Source: the human T2T-CHM13v2.0 reference genome, Homo sapiens. From it: a DNA stretch of 64,000 bases. The DNA lies in the NCBI RefSeq assembly GCF_009914755.1, contig NC_060929.1. One strand, given 5' to 3'. A program made the position numbers and the translations under genes. The notes under the pieces were generated by a model. It was not told where the DNA came from. It saw only the letters and a list, made by a program, of their open reading frames with translations, and searched no databases. Position 1 is the first letter of the stretch. The number at the start of each line of letters is the position of its first letter. This document shows, one piece after another, positions 61,340 to 64,000 of the stretch.

Positions 61340-61640
61340 TCACGGTGACCAGACGGGAAATGTGTGACAAAAAGCATCCAGGGTCTCTTGACTAGTGAGT
61401 GATAATAACAGGGTACCTAAGATTACTGACACTCCCGTAACAGATATTTCCCCATGAACTGCTGACGGCTGTCTTGTGCTGTAATATTTCCGAGCATTCA
61501 ACTTCCGAGAGTTCAGCTGCCCCATGTAGCTCGTGGAATTCAGCCAGAACTAGCGTGCTGCCACCCAGGGAATCCGGAGAAACCCAGTCCCCGGTAGGCG
61601 ACCCTGCCTCCTAGCAACCCTCCTCCCATTACGTGTGGCC
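61340..61640. promoter_or_regulatory. Candidate promoter or enhancer: CpG-enriched non-repeat patch with an X-box-like motif
   Basis: 12 CpGs in 300 bp; GCCTCCTAGCAAC at 61606-61618; TTACGTG at 61629-61635. Confidence 0.45.
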
Positions 61641-62244
61641 AGTCTCACTCTGGAGGGCTAATGTAGCAGACACCAGGGGCTAGTTAGTGATTGAAAATGG
61701 AAATCAGAGTGATTCAATTGCCATCTTTCTTTTCGTCTCTCTTTTTTTTTCTGTTTAAACTGAGATGATTTTGTTGAATTAAATAGCATAGGAAGCAATC
61801 TGCTGCTGTCACTAGCAGTGTTTTTGTTAGATGAATGACTATCAACAGGTAGTAGACGGTTATTCATTCAAGTAATAATAGATATTACAAATAAGAGTAT
61901 TAAGCATTAAAATATATCCTTGTGGCATCAATCTCTTTGTCTTAGAACTAAGTCTCATTTAGCTGACTAACTTGCTGGATTTGATATATATTTACTAACA
62001 TGTTAAAAAGAACTTGAAATTCCCAGAGCTTTGATAAATGCGGTGACGGAACCCATTGCTGGATGTGTAACTTTTGTAAAATATTAGGACCAAGCGTAAA
62101 CTGTCATAATGCAAAAAAAGACTAACACAGCCTCCCTAGACATTCATAAAAGTTAACATAGAGTAAGATGGTCATGGCTATTTATGTCTTACATAAGCTG
62201 AAATTAAATCAATGTTTGAAAACCAGCAGTCAATGAGCTAATGA

Positions 62245-62614
<370 letters not shown>

Positions 62615-63229
62615 GCCAGCTTCTAAAATGATCATGTGTGTTCATCTCCAAATCCCAGAGTCTAGCTTTTCATGACCAAATCAGAAGGTCTGACCACACT
62701 AGGCCCACATGCACACATGAATATTATTGGCTGGAACACCGTGGTGGCTGACACTTATAGAAAGGGCACATTTTTTTCCACTTCACCACAATCCCCTCAC
62801 TCCTATCATTTCACATGTGTTGGTGGCTATTTGTCATCAGACCTGCCCTGTCACTCTGACCATTTGACCTATTTATGCTGTTTCTGGCCTCTAAAACAGT
62901 GAAGTTTGCAGGCCCTGGTCTAACTGCTCATTCGTATGTCATTTCCACAAGGTGGTGATTTTTTAGGCCCCAGAGGTGTGTTCACTTACTTAGGATTTCT
63001 GAGTCCTAAGGAATTATTTTAAAGTAACTTATGCTCTCAGACAAGTCAGAAGCATTGAATTATTAACTACCAGTATTCTTATTCTAGACATGATACTAGC
63101 TTCTTGATCTCAATAATTCTGTCAGTTAATGTTGGAAGGGTTAAACAATTTAGAAGGAAACACACATGCTTCAGTGATGATGCCAGTTTGATGATTTGAT
63201 GACTAGTGGGTACAAGAAGGAGGTGTGAT

Positions 63230-63646
63230 TGGTGGTTTTCTCTAGTACAGGCCTAGACCATCCCCTCCTTGCTCACTATAATCCAGTCCTGCCAAGCCCT
63301 TTCTTATTCTTCTTATATGCTGAGCTCATCTCACCTTAGCACCTTTGTACTAGTTGTTTTTTTTCTGCCCCAAACAGAAATTGTGTATCTCTGCTGGATG
63401 ATTCCTCCTCATCATCCAGCTTCCAGTTCAAATAATCATTCTAAAGCAGTACAGATACGCCACGCCATGCCCCGAAGTTTTGTTTTTCTCATGGCATTTA
63501 GAGTTTCTGAGAATACTTTATGTATTTGACTTGGTTATCTGGTGTTGTCTTTCAGTAGAATGTATACTCTATGAGAACAATTATTTTGTGTGTGGTAACA
63601 CTCTTTAAACATAGGACGAATGTCTGAAAAAGGGGATGAATGAATG
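63230..63646 (+). mobile_element. L2 3' fragment
   Basis: gtagaatgtatactctatgagaaca...gatgaatgaatga. Confidence 0.65.
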
Positions 63647-64000
63647 ACATGGTACATATGGCATTGAAATGGCTCAGTGGTGGAAAAGGAAGAGGAGGAC
63701 TGAGAAGACAGAGAATGGCCTATGTTCCAATTTCCTAGAGTGATAGATGTATTAAATCCCCAGATTTTAGAATCAGATTAGGCATAAAGCCAGTTAGTCC
63801 TAAATAGCTTTTGTCATTCAAAGTGGTTGCCCTTAACTGCTTATTAATGGCAGATGACAAGACATGGACTGTGCACCAAAAGGTAAATCCATATGGTACT
63901 TCATTGAGAGTCATGCTATGGTGAAAATGTAGTTGAACACAGGTGTGCCTAGTAATGTAACTGATTTACATCCTGGCACAATCTCATTACATTGTAGATC

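Overview
AT-rich, CpG-poor primate (human-like) genomic DNA, intronic or intergenic, and more than half transposon-derived. It holds 18 Alu copies, a full-length but dead L1PA7-like LINE-1 (29.3-39.0 kb, minus strand) with a younger 5'-truncated L1PA4-like element nested in it, older L1M, L2 and MIR fragments, MaLR/ERVL LTRs, a near full-length Tigger1 and several MITEs. I recognise no protein-coding gene, RNA gene or CRISPR array; the longer ORFs in the track are decayed L1 or Tigger reading frames or Alu artefacts. I found no convincing new biological system. The best-supported oddities are small records of genome dynamics: a polyadenylated LTR12/ERV9 transcript end retroposed with a target-site duplication (TSD), two cases of Alu re-insertion at one target, a three-monomer Alu, a 121-bp microhomology-flanked duplication and a 21-bp templated insertion. 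A non-repeat CpG-enriched patch with an RFX X-box-like motif near 61.3-61.6 kb is the best candidate functional element. Subfamily names are from memory of consensus sequences, and the boundaries of old repeats are approximate.
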